A DNA stretch of 63,902 bases, counting the filler, from Hausera hauseri (lineage: Eukaryota): assembly GCA_046269625.1 (NCBI GenBank). It is 11 parts of 11 records of this genome, joined end to end, with 100 filler letters (N's around TTAATTAATTAA, not from the genome) between each part and the next. Parts side by side here need not be neighbours in the genome. Positions count along the whole stretch, not along the records: positions 18,738 to 23,642 come from JBJURY010396478.1; positions 23,743 to 31,012 come from JBJURY010026008.1; 9 more parts are not named here. One strand, given 5' to 3'. The position numbers and the translations under genes are program-made. Every line of letters starts with the position of its first letter. Within the stretch, counting starts at the first letter, position 1. Below are positions 18,738-31,112 of this stretch, one piece after another. The notes below the pieces were generated by a model. It was not told the DNA's origin. It saw nothing but the letters and a program-made list of their open reading frames with translations, and ran no database searches.

Positions 18738-18905
18738 CTGTCCTCTCCTCCTGTCCTGTCCTCTCCTCCTTTCCTGTCCTCTCCTCTCCTCTCCTCTCCT
18801 CTCCTCTCATTTTCTTTCCTGTCCTCTCATCTCCTGTCATGTATTGTCCTCTCCTCCCGTCCTGCCCTGCCCTCTCCTCTCCTGTCCCATACAATTTCCT
18901 GTCCT
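18738..18905. repeat. (CTCTC/CTGTC)n pyrimidine-rich simple repeat
   Basis: Directly visible pentamer repeats. Confidence 0.85.
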
Positions 18906-19499
18906 AACCGTGGAGTGTGCGCGTGTCTTTACTCACCTTTCAGATGGCCGGGGAGCAGTCCCTCGATCTCAATTCCTCACCTGCCCGGGTTAGGGAATAA
19001 AACAGTAAACACGTTAGTTTATTTCCTCGTGGTGGCTCGTTTTCCTCATTGGATGGCTTGTTTGGCCATTTCTTTTTCTCTTCTTTCGGTGGGACTATTT
19101 TTTCTTTTATCATTGGATGAAAACAAACAAACAAACACTCACTCACCCTCACAAACTACACGGCAGAGTCCCCACGCTGGCATGGGGGAATCCTCGCTCA
19201 GCTGCGTCACATGCGCTCCACAGACGCCACACGTCACTGGGGGCCCCGGCCTGGCCCCGGCCGCACGCCCGATATCTGCGTTTGTCCGGTCGGACAAAGT
19301 GGTTTTCCTCCTATTATCCTAACCTGGAGACGGCGAGAGTGGATGCTCGCGTCCGTGCGTCACATGAGATGAACGGACGCGAGAAGTCACTCCGAGTCAG
19401 CACTCCCAAAATAGACTACAAAAATGGCGTCCGCTCGGCCAGTCTCGGAACTACAAGTCCCACCGAACTTGGATTTGTTGCGAGCAGGCTGTCAAATCC

Positions 19500-19563
19500 A
19501 GAAAAACACAGAGAGGAGGAGAGAAAAAAAGAAATGAATAAAGGACAGAAAGTCAGAAAGACA

Positions 19564-19603
<40 letters not shown>

Positions 19604-19830
19604 GGAAATGGATAAAGGAAAGAAAGAAAAAAAAGAAAGTGAGGACACAAATAAGAGAGGGAAATAAATAAAGGAGGGAGGAAAGAGAAGGACAGACATA
19701 AAGAGAGAGAGATTGGGAAATGGATAAAGAAAGAAAGAAGGAAAGAAAGTGAGGACACAAATAAAGAGATAGAGAGGGAAATAAATAAAGGAGGGAGGAA
19801 AGACAGAAATAAAGAGAGATAGAGAACGGA
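19500..19830. repeat. Purine-rich low-complexity region with a (GA)n microsatellite and an internal ~120-bp duplication
   Basis: (GA)n at ~19568-19599; ATTGGGAAATGGATAAAG...GAAAGTGAGGACACAAATAAGAGA occurs twice. Confidence 0.8.
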
Positions 19831-20272
19831 CAGAATTTTTTTTAACCATGCACAGACTTTGGTCTGGACACAGGGGCCAACGCACAGACAGACATTTGTT
19901 TATGTTCTACATTTTATATGCAGGCACGAGGCTTTTGCTTAAGAGCAATTTTGAACTTGTTTAGCGGTTAAGGGATGGAGCCCGTCATGAGAGGAGACTG
20001 TGGTTCACTGCCACTGTTCACCGTTTTGTCCCCCCCACCCCATCATTCATTAAGCCACAGAACCACTGCTGGTCAGAGGAAACACTTTTTATTAACACCA
20101 CTACAAGCTAAGAACTGAGTGCACATAAGCTCAAAAGAAATAAAATTGTCCATAGGAGGAGTAAAGAAAAAAAGAGAAAAAACAAACAAACAGAATAAAT
20201 CTCAAAGCGGAGTGCAACACCTAAAACGAACAAGCCTCCACTTGTACTGAGAGAAAAAAGTTAGTGCCAGAC

Positions 20273-22406
20273 CTAGCACTTCTTTTGCCCAGACCTGCTG
20301 GGTGGGAGCCGCTCAAAGTGCTTCGTTTTCCTCAGCCTTTTCTGGGGAACGGCGGACTCCGGCGAGCCGAGGGCCGCAGAGGGCCGCGATGCACCGACTG
20401 CAGGGGGGGGCCGTTCCAGGGACCGCTGCTGCGAGGGAACGTCCGCGGGGGCCTCTTCGGGTTCAGATGCCTTGGCAAGAAGCGACAGTCTCTTTCTCGC
20501 CCTGGGGGGTTCCGAAGGTGGCAGGGGTGGTGTCGCGCCACGGCCCTTCACGCCTCTTTCCCTCCACTGGTCGGACGAAGAGCTTTTGTAGGAAGAGTCT
20601 GCGCCGCGGTCCTCACGTTCTCCCGCCGCCTGCCCACTCGGCGGTCTGGCAGGCGTGTGCAGGTGTTGGCTGGCCTGAGGACAAAGAGACACTGGAATCA
20701 GACCCCCCCTGCTGCTGCACAGTGTTCAAATTACTCAACAACAACAACAACAACAATAATAATTTATCACATCTACCAAAGGAAATTAGGATTACCTAGG
20801 AATCTGTAACATTGAGATGTAATCAGGGAATCAAATATTTACGTGTATAAATTTATTATAGTACTATATTTAAAAAGGTGAGCGTGGAAAATTTGTGTTA
20901 CGAATTTACACACACACAGACGTTTGCATATATGCGTGTATGGATGTGTGTGATCATGCATGCGTGTATGGTTGTGTGTGTGTGTGTGTATGCGTGTATG
21001 GATCTGTGCATGTATGTGTGTATGCACGTGAACTGGAAGACTTACCCGGGTTGAGGCACTGGAGCACAGCAGGCTGGAGCACACGTCTGCCCACTGCGTG
21101 GCCTCTGCTCGAGCCTGGACTCTGTCCACGTGGACCCTCGCCGTCTTGCTGACTTCTGTGCGAACGGTTTGCAGCTCTTCCTTGATGTGGGCAAACTCCC
21201 TAGTGGAAAGGTTGCTGACGGGCCGGTGCTGTGGTTCCATGTGCCTGACGAATAGCAGTACGTTGCACAGCATATTTTTGATTGTGCTGGGGGCGTACCC
21301 CTTTTCGGAGAGGTACCGGGGATACCTGGGGAAACAAAAAGGCAAATCTCACTCTCTCACACACACACACACGTACGTTTCTGATCACGGACAACGCGTG
21401 CTTCAATTTGCAGAACGTAGTGCTACGTACGAGCGCAGCTTCCCAAGCTGGTTCAGACAGGCAAAGTCTTGGCCTCTGGTGGCAGACGGGCAGTCGCCCT
21501 GCATATACAGCCAGAAGCGCTTTGCGTGACTCCGGGCCTGGTGAGCGTTGTCGAGGTCCTTCAGGTCTGTCCGCACTCCCACCCGCGCGCGCTCGAAGGT
21601 GTCCAGCACCGTCTCTGCGGGAAGAGAGCTTCGTTTAATCAGGTTCATTGACATTCTGACTTTCAACTGCTACGTGGTGATGATCAGTTTTCTTGCAGTT
21701 TGACTTTGTTGACCCCCGCCCACACACACACACACACGGTTTTCCCACAACAGCTCGGGCAAGCTTACCGTACAAACTAGCTGTTTTTGCGGTTTTGTCC
21801 ACCATCTGGCCCTTCTGGACGGAGCCCGGAGCCCTACGGTCAACACTGGATTTTGCCGGCGTAGTCAGCTGCTCTCTCAGGGAGCAGACGGTTAACTCCA
21901 GTTTCCTAACCATGGAGAGCACCTCGTCCTCCCTCGAACTACCACCCGCACCCCGGGAGCCTTCTCCCTGCCGGCTGGAGCTCCCGGGGCCGCTGGGGGA
22001 CTGTTCGACCCCTCCCCTCTTCTCTATCGAACTCTGACCGCAGGCCAGTGGGTCCGACAACTCGTCCCCCGGAGTCTGTGGACTCGAGCGCGCGCTGGTG
22101 GGGTGGAACTGCCTGACAGGCGTGGAGCTGACGGGTGGCTCCCAGATCGGCTCCTCCGAAGCCCCACGGTCCGCCCTGGATTTTGCTGCCGTAGCCAGCT
22201 GCACTCTCAGGGAGCTCAGGCTTTCCTCCAGTTGGCTAACCCTATCCTCCACTTTGCTAAGCCTAGAGAGCACCTCCTCCTCCCTCGGACTACCACCTGC
22301 ACCCTGGGAGCCTTCTCCCTCTCCCTCTTCCTCCCCACTCATCTCGCTCTCTTCTGGCTGGCTAGACTCTGGGTCCGACGACTTGCGGAACATCTCGTCT
22401 TCAGCT
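20273..22406 (-). CDS. Multi-exon teleost-like gene with a segment resembling the core-binding (SAM-like) domain of tyrosine recombinases; exon structure tentative
   Basis: Spliceable segments ARSHAKRFWLYM..FACLNQLGKLRS / YPRYLSEKGYAPSTIKNMLCNVLLFVRHM; GT-AG sites near 21768, 21430, 21326 and 21045; upstream exon has an internal duplication; no catalytic R-H-x-x-R-Y motifs seen. Confidence 0.4.
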
Positions 22407-24751
22407 GTGAGTAAGTGATGAGAAAGAAAAAAAGCATGCATGAGCGTTTTAGTATCCACATGAGAGACAGCTGATCTTATTTTGGCAATGTTCTCGAAGC
22501 TAGGAGGGAGGGAGCCAGGCAGGAAGGAGGAAGGAAATAAGGAAGCTAGGAAGGAGGAAGGAAGGAAGGAAGGTGTAAGGAAGTTAGGAGGGAGGGAAAG
22601 AGGGACGAAAGAAGTGAACAAACCTTACCCGCCCGCCCATTCATCCATCCATCCAGTTTATTTATCCATTTAAACCTGTATTTATTTATTATTCATTTAT
22701 TGTTTAACTTGTTCCTTTAATTTCTTCCTTGCTCTAACATCCATCCATCCACCCTCGGTTTTATCTATTTATCAGCGTATTTATTTATTATTTTTTATTC
22801 ATGTATTTAATACTTCTTCATTTATTACTTTATTACATCCATCCACCCTCGGTTTTATCTGTTTATTAGCGTGTTTTTTTATTTATTTATTCATTTATTT
22901 ATCTATTTAGTTATTTAGTATTTTATTACTTTATTTAATTACATCCATCCGTTCTCGTTTACTTGTTATGCAGTTAAAATTACTTTTTTTTTTCTTTAGG
23001 GCGTCGGTCGGTGAGGTCTTAATTGGCTCAGTTCACCGCTAGGCCTCAGTGTCGCCATTGCGCACCGCTAAAGTGAACTTTTCAGACAATGTCAGGCGCT
23101 TTTTGAGCCGGCAAATCCTTAAGGTGTTGGTCAAAACATGCACACAAACAACTTTCAACAGTTTAGCGTGTGTTTCTTGGTTTGTTTTTTTGGTTTTTAA
23201 ACTTTGCAATTTCCACATGAGAAGTAGACACCTTACCTTGAAAAACGCCTGGCCTGAACTGCTCCTGGTCTTCATGCAAATGAGCTACCCGTCTCTGTGC
23301 TCCGCTATTGGATGGGCATGATCACGAGACTTATCACGTGTCATGCAAGAGGCGCTCCTAAGGGAGAATCAATTAGAACAAATAAAACAAACAAACAGAA
23401 CGACATTAGTCATACGGCAGCAAGTGTTGATAAGTGCAGGTTGGGAATAAACGCAGTTAAAGCAAAGATTGGCACAGTTTCTGCTTTCGCGTTTCTCTCC
23501 TGCGCCAACGTCTGAGTTAGGACACATTCAAAGTTGAAAAAAAAAAAAAAGAAAAAAACAATCGGAACGGGACAAAAAAAACAAACAAACGAGCGAATGA
23601 ATAAACAGCCTGACAAATGAAGGAACGAAGTAATAAACAAACNNNNNNNNNNNNNNNNNNNNNNNNNNNNNNNNNNNNNNNNNNNNTTAATTAATTAANN
23701 NNNNNNNNNNNNNNNNNNNNNNNNNNNNNNNNNNNNNNNNNNTATGCAATCTGTGATTTTCTATTGGTTTTCGAAAAGTTTTGATTGTTCAAAGTCTTTG
23801 TATTTATTCAATTAATTTCAAATATTAATGATCGTTCTATGTTCATGCTACTGAATTGAAAAATATTGATTGTTATAAATGGATCGAAAGCAACTGTATA
23901 TAGAAAGTGGCAGTGTATATAATTATAGAAAGACGATAATACTTTTAGATGTAATTAATATTGAAATTTTCTTATACTAATCAGAACAATTGAATTTGTA
24001 GAAAATTTCCCACGAAAATTAAATGTAAAATTGCATGAACCAGTTAATGATTCTTACAACAAATGTTGTTTAATAAATATTAACGGGTTTTCACACGAGA
24101 GAGAGAACAAATAAATGGAAACAAATTGAGTATTCAGAGTAATTCTCATATAATAGACATATAAATACTTTAACCAAAATTAGAAAAACTGACTATTTTG
24201 ACAGAGCCAAACGTAGAGAGAGAAGCTTAGAGAAAATCTGACTAAAGAACTCTGAACCAAAGATATTGTTGGAAGTTAGTGAAAGTTGGCGACGTAGAGA
24301 AGTACGATGGGCACAGTAAATTCAAACCTGAAGACGTCACATTGGGCAACTCGTATTACTAGTAGAGGTGATCAAATTTGTTTTATTGTGGTATTGAATA
24401 TATATTTTAAAGAAGAAGGTATTCCAGGATTTTTTTCTTTCAGCTGCATTTTATTTTATTTGTGATTTGTCTCTTAAATGTATTTTGTTTTGAAATTACA
24501 AAAAGAAAAAGGAAATCTTCATATTTAACCATGCTGCGAAGAATCAAATGTCAGCTTGTTTATAACTAAAATTGTTAGTTTTCTGTTAGCATCTTCTGTG
24601 AGCACACAAGCTAACGGCACTCACAGGGTGGTTGCCTAGCAACAACTGCAGTTAGGGACAGTCAACAGTGAGAGGGACAACAGAAGACAGACTGATTTTA
24701 CTCTCATCTGTGATTGTAAACTACTAAAGCTGAGGGACCAAACTTACACAC

Positions 24752-27700
24752 ATGTGGAGACAAGAGGTCAGACAGCACATGGAGGCAGCACTGGAAGAAA
24801 TTGTGGGCATTTTGGAAAGAGCCGCCACAGAATACGAACAGGAAGAGTTTCGTTTAGGTCAGATGGAGTTGCTGAACGACAAACTACCACATCTGGTGTT
24901 CAACGCCAACAACCAATTAGGTTTGTATTTTTGTAGTTGTTTGTCTCAAACCTTATTTTGATACAGTTTAGTAAAAGTTGTCTTTTAGCCAATGTTTGTT
25001 CTTCATAAGACCTCGTAAATATTGTCACTTTTTAGCCGTTGCTTGCTAACTGATGGAACCAAGGACTTCACAACCCGTCACAGAGTTTAATAACTGAATT
25101 ATTCTGTATAACCTCTGACACAACTTCAAATCTGTGTCGTTTTGATAACATTATAAACACTTAGTGTCTGTTGTACTTTATAAAATTATCTCACGGTTAT
25201 TTAAAGATTATTAACATTGGTGCTAACTTTTACAAACTGTTTTTAGCTTCTCTACAAACATCTGGTTTGTTAACAGCTGTTGTTTAATTTAGCATTTAGC
25301 TGTTGTCCCCTTGGTCTAATTAGAGCTACAAGTGAAAATATAACATTAGTGACAGATTGTTCAAAGATTGATCACATAACCATTTAACAGGACTTACTCA
25401 ATGTTTAAATTAATGATTGAAATATTGACAAACAATGAAATAATTTGGTTGAAAATCAAAAGAAATTAAAGTAACCATTGTTATTTTAACCACTGATTTT
25501 CATCCTGAACAACACCATTCAGGATCATTATGTGGTAAAGAAACAAGAGTAATCTCATAAACTCAGTATTTTGTTGATAGTTTTATACTTTTTACTAAAG
25601 AAGTTTAGAAGTTCTTAAAGCTAAAAACTTTAAATATGTTTGATTAAATAAACTCAAGATAAACAACAAAATTAAAAATAAACTCTAAATTGGACCTTTT
25701 GTGTAAAACCGTAATAATTCTGTACAAATCTAGTCATGTTGTGTAAATTAGTTTATTTCTGCAATGTTGTGTCTAAAAGTGTCTCGGTGCTGCCCTCTAT
25801 GGGTTGATGGTGGCTACTGCAGTTTATTTTCAAATTGGTTCAAACTGTACAGCTTCTGTGTTCAGGTATAAAAGCCTCTCTCAGAGACACGCCCCTGCAG
25901 TGAGTCAGGAGTTGAGCTACTTTCAGACCCAATACGTTTTGAACATTCAGAACACGTCCTATGCTTGTCCTTGTGCTCTTTCAGATCAGACACTTTTGGT
26001 ATGAATGTAGACGCACGTCATGCGCGTCGGGACGAGCCTCTGTTGTTTTCCTCTCCCGGTCTCTGTTTAATGGTGGATGTAATAAAGAAGGTGGTTTGCT
26101 TTATTTACTGAGACCAAGCTCACCATATAATTAATTCACAACTAATTCACCAGATAAGAGGCGGTCTGTTCGGTAAGTTTCACAACAGGAGCTGTGAGCT
26201 GATGAGGCTCGCTTCCAAAACTAGTTTAGTCCTGAGTCCAGTTTAACACAGCAATTAATTTGATGAGCTGCTGTCCCACATCAATGCTAATATCTCCTGC
26301 CAGAACACCAACTACAGACAGTCGATTTCAGCTAAAGAGCAGGAGGAGTTTGGAATATAATAAAGAAATAAAGCGTTTTTAAAGCACGTATAGAAAGAAC
26401 AAATCCTCAAGATGTCCCCCTCCAGCTGTAGAAAAGTTCAGTCGTGTCATGGCGTCATTTCCTCCCTCCTGCTGCACATCAAGCGGAGCGAAGCATTAAC
26501 ACTAGTTTTTCACACCCAAGTTGTCGAAGAAAAACTTATTTTTATGTGTTTTTACCCACAGATTAAAAGAAAAAAGATGTAGACGTTTGTTTAGTCATGA
26601 ATCCATCTTGCTAATATAATTTTCTGCTCTGATGATGAAGATGAAAGCGCAGCAGAGCAGCAGCCGATACGCTGAGCAGACAGAAGCTCATAGTATGGCA
26701 GGCCAATATTACATTTATGTGGCTTCCTCACGCTCACATTCCAGTTATGTGAAATTGTTTTATGACTAGGACTATGTGCACGCTTAAGGTCCTGAAGGCC
26801 CTCTCACACTATAACATTTTAGGCAACTTATGCTAACTTAGAGTTTTTTATGTCTGAATTACTAATTTTACTTGAAGTATTGGTTTTAACATCCACTTTA
26901 TTTTGATATTGTTAAAAAATTGAGAAATGTTTTTGTTGTTCAAACCATTTTCCAAAACATATAAAACATGTTTTAGTACTTCTGTTATGTTCATTAGCAC
27001 TATAACAAAAATACTGGGTTTGATTATTTGATTATTTCTGCAAAAGTAGCACTCTAAAAATTACATGATATTTGCTTTAATGATAATTTTCTTGCGCGAT
27101 ATATACTGTTACCGTGAAGAGATTCAATTTATACCATGGTATGAATTTGAGGTCATACCGCCCAGTCCTACATTAGACCTGTTTCAGAAATGTTTGTTTG
27201 TCAAATGAAGCTAGCTGTATCATTCCCTCATCCTGACCACAGCTCCTCACTGCCCCCCACACTCAGCTGTGACCCTCAGTGTCTCTTGGCACCGCCCACT
27301 TTGTTGGAATTTTTCAGATTTGCCTGGAGGCAGGATTATGCTTTCACAGGGGGGTTAGTTACACTTTAAAGATATTTAGCTTTTTCTGAAGGCCAGTCAT
27401 AATTTAATTTCAGTTTTTCTGTCGTCCAGCACTAGATGTGGTTTTGACAGTGAAGCAGTGAACTCAACAATAACACAAGTGATGTGAAAATACTGTGGTT
27501 ACATTTGTTCATATTGTTCTTGTTTTCAGTGATTCCTACAGATGTTCAGCAGTTGGTGTCGATTCCAGAACATGCTCCTGAAGAACAGAGGCCTGGTGCT
27601 GACCTGCAGAATCCAGAGCACCTCCCCATCAAGGAGGAGGAGGAGGAGGAGGAAGTCTGTTCCAGTCTGAGGGAAGAGCAGCAAAACGTGAAGGAGGAGA

Positions 27701-28287
27701 CAGATCACAGCAGTTTTTCTTCAACTGCAGTTCCTTTGAGGAGTGATGATGATGTTGAAGAGAAACCTCTGTTCTCAGCCCTTCACCAACACCAAGTGGA
27801 AGACAGAGATCTCCCAACCAGCAGTTCAGCTGAGCAGATGGAAACAGTGACTGGCAGAGAAAACAAGAGCAGAACAAGAACTATCATGACTCCACATCTG
27901 AACACATCTGTAGACAATTCCAGCTCTTCACAGACTGAAGACAGTGATGATTATGATGATGATGAGAAACCTGTGTTCTCACACCTTAATCAACACCAAG
28001 ATCTCCCAACCAGCAGTTCAGCTGAGCAGATGGAAACAGTGACTGGTGGGGAGGACAGTAGAGGCTTATGTAAGAAAGTCCCAGCAAATCTGAAATCATT
28101 TAGATGTGATGATTGTGGCAAAAGTTTTGGCACTAAATGTAATTTAAACAAACACATGATGATCCACACAGGCGAAAAACCATTTGCTTGTGATGTTTGT
28201 GAACACAGATTTCGCCACAAGTCAACTTTAACCAAACACATGAAGATCCACACTGCAAACAAAGCAGTGGTTTGCACTGACTCCTAA
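24752..28287 (+). CDS. Teleost-type C2H2 zinc-finger protein (exon 1 24752-24857, exon 2 27530-28287)
   Basis: Exon 1 EAALEEIVGILERAATEYEQE is typical of the N-terminus of teleost ZNFs; phase-1 GT-AG join gives V-IPTDVQQL; two C2H2 fingers with a TGEKPF linker; duplicated DLPTSSSAEQMETVTG segment. Confidence 0.85.
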
Positions 28288-29064
28288 AACACACATGAGA
28301 AGTCACACAGGAGGGAGAACAGTGCAGATGTGAACAGAAACGTCCTTCAGACACATAAGAGTTTGGTCACAGTTCAAACTGAAAGGTTTCAGGGTTTGTT
28401 TGAAACATGATGGGTTTAGCACATGCATGTTATGAATTGTGAAAATTGTTTTTATTCACAGTAATATACATGTATATAATTCTGTTTGTTGTGTTTTTCC
28501 TCTATTCTCTAATTTATATTTTGTTCCTTAAATGTTTTTCGGCTCTGTTGTAATCAAATGTTTAATGTTGCTAAGAATAAAACATTTCAATTCTTTCAGT
28601 GAAATATTTGAATAATTTTCTGAAAAACATTTTCAGTTTTATCTTCCTAGAAAATGTAAACATGTTGTAGTTTAGTCAGTTTTAAATCTGGAACTCTCAT
28701 CTCCATTTGAATCTCAGCGGCCCATCAGGTTCTGTAGGTCACCTGTCTCTCTGATTGCTCTGTGGAGCTGGGCAGTCAGGTCTTACAGGAGTCCTGGTTG
28801 TGTCAAACTGTTCTGTGAGAATTATGCAACAAAAACAACAGTTCTGCTTTTCCTAAAAGTCTGTTCCTATAACAGCATCAGTCAGACACTTTTAATAATT
28901 ACTTTTTAATAAAACACTAAGAGGTAAAATACTGATCAGAAACTTAGACAAACTTTAAACCTACGAAGAAAGAATTCTGAAGAAGGAAACCCAGAAAAAT
29001 TAAAAATGTTTAAAGAAACCATGAACCAGAATCTAAACCCTCAGGCTACACGAAGCAATACTTT

Positions 29065-30105
29065 AACATTTCCATTTGCTGTGAGCACCTGTGCCCCAAT
29101 TTTACTGTACACCCTAGACATTCACTCATTAATCTTCAAGACATTCACATATAGGAACTTGGGGGTGGTCAATCTTAGGGCATGCAGGGGGCAAGGCTGG
29201 ATTCACTCTCACCACTGCTGCCTGTGCCCACTCCCAATGGATACTTGTAGACACTTAGGGTTTTGGGTTAGAGTTGGTGTGGAGGGGAACTGGCACCATG
29301 CTGGTCTCTGTCTCTGCTTCTTCACAATTTTAATTGCAATATAGAACAACACACATCAACAGCACATCTGAGGGTGTGGGGGGGACTTTTACATTCCCCC
29401 GTCACCCGATTGCTGCTTGGGGATGGAATTCAGAGTAGGGGCGGACCGTCTGGTGGGGACCTGGGCTGGGGGGGTGCCAGGGACAGGACTGGCGCTCCGG
29501 CTTCCCTGGGGCCGTTTGGACTCACCGAGTACGGCTTCCGGTTGCCGTGGTTGGTCCATTGGCCGGGGTGGCTGCTGTGGTCTGGCGGGTGGGGGTGTGC
29601 GCCTGACCATTGGCAGTGGGTGGGGGCATGGCCTCATTAAGGAGGGGGGGCTGGCTGGACGGTCTGGTGTGGCCCGGCCCGAGTCATGGCTGTCTGCCCC
29701 TCTCCTTCCCAGAACAAATGGGGTAGCCTTCTGGGTTGGGATGTGGGCCGCCCTCTGTAGGGGGTGGGTGCATGTCCTGGACCATGGGGGCATAGGGTGT
29801 GTATGGGGAGTGTGAGTGGAGTATGGCAAATATATCTGTCAGGCTGAGGTTCGGGCTGCCCCCTCCTCTGCTCCATCTGGGGGCCCCCTGCTGGCGTTGG
29901 ACCTCGCGGCTCTCCCTTTGTGTGTGTCATGCCTTTACCCACCGGGACACTGGTGGCCGGGTGACTCTTGGCTTCGGGGGCCGTGCGCTTGGGCACATAC
30001 CGGCTCGGCCTGGTGGGGCCTGGGTCTTCTGGCCCTATTGGGCCTTGGCCTGGGGGTGGTGCGCTCTGGGGGCCCGGGCCTCTGTGTCCAACTGTGCAAT
30101 CACAT
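29065..30105. repeat. G-rich segment, probably an interspersed-repeat/retroelement 3' region
   Basis: Sharp GC/G-skew shift with only low-complexity ORFs; family not identifiable by eye. Confidence 0.3.
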
Positions 30106-30114
30106 CTTTAACTT

Positions 30115-30428
30115 AATCACACAATGTTTCTCCGTCTCAAAGAGTTCCATTCAAAAAACTATGACCACTTCTTATTCTATAATTATTTCCTCCCTCCTAT
30201 TCATTCCTCTTTTTCCTTTAACATCAACTGTATCTTGAACTTTATACGACTGTCTCCCTTTTGTCTCATTATACCATCTCATTTTCCATAATATCTTACT
30301 TTCTGTCCATACTATACTTTTACCTTCAGATCTGGATAACTGTATGTTCATGTCAATATCTTCTTTCCTAACAACTTTCTTGGTCAATTTATATGCTCTT
30401 TCATTGCCAAGGACACCTACATGAGCAG
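30115..30428 (-). mobile_element. LINE (I/Nimb-like) RNase H / C-terminal fragment
   Basis: (P)AHVGVLGNERAYKLTK..W..RWYNETKGR..NRREEIII matches the WVPAHVGIxGNExADxLAK RNase H motif of non-LTR elements. Confidence 0.75.
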
Positions 30429-30633
30429 AGCCCCGTTTCAGAAAGCAGGATAAGTGGATATCCTGAGTAGGGTCTGGGGTAACTTGGTGCATGGGATATG
30501 ACTCTGAGTCAAGTTACCCAGCTGATATCAGCTGTTCTGAAACCAAAAACCCTGAGTATCACAGAGCGGTAAGTTGATTCAGAGTATCTGTGTTAACTCA
30601 GGGTTTGTTAAGCCTGCTTTCTGAAACGGGGCC
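30429..30633. mobile_element. PIF/Harbinger-type MITE
   Basis: TIRs (A)GCCCCGTTTCAGAAAGCAGG / CCTGCTTTCTGAAACGGGGCC; 3-bp CAG target duplication on both sides; inserted in the LINE PAHVG codons. Confidence 0.8.
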
Positions 30634-30661
30634 CAGGAGAACATCACCATGTTGTCTAGGA

Positions 30662-30842
30662 CAGTGGTTCTCAATCCTGGTCCTCAAGGCATGTTTTAGT
30701 TGTTTCCCTTCTTTGGCACACCTGATTTAAATCAGTGACTGATTGGCAGGCTTCTGCAGAACTTAAAGACTTAAAGCAGAGCAGGGAAACAACTAAAACA
30801 TGCAGGGTAGGGGTCCTTGAGGACCAGGATTGAGAACCACTG
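30662..30842. mobile_element. hAT (Charlie-like) MITE, 181 bp
   Basis: Perfect 28-bp TIR CAGTGGTTCTCAATCCTGGTCCTCAAGG; 8-bp TSD GTCTAGGA/CTCTAGGA (7/8 match). Confidence 0.9.
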
Positions 30843-31112
30843 CTCTAGGAGACCGTGTTTCAAATGTTTTTGTTGTTTATCATATCTGTAGATGTCCTAG
30901 TAAACAAGAAGGTGTAGAGGATCTGTTTCAGCTCCTAGTCTGATTGGTCATCCCGCTAATGGTGTTCACCTGTGGACGGTTACTGCTGACGAGCTGCTGG
31001 GCTTTATAAGGCNNNNNNNNNNNNNNNNNNNNNNNNNNNNNNNNNNNNNNNNNNNNTTAATTAATTAANNNNNNNNNNNNNNNNNNNNNNNNNNNNNNNN
31101 NNNNNNNNNNNN

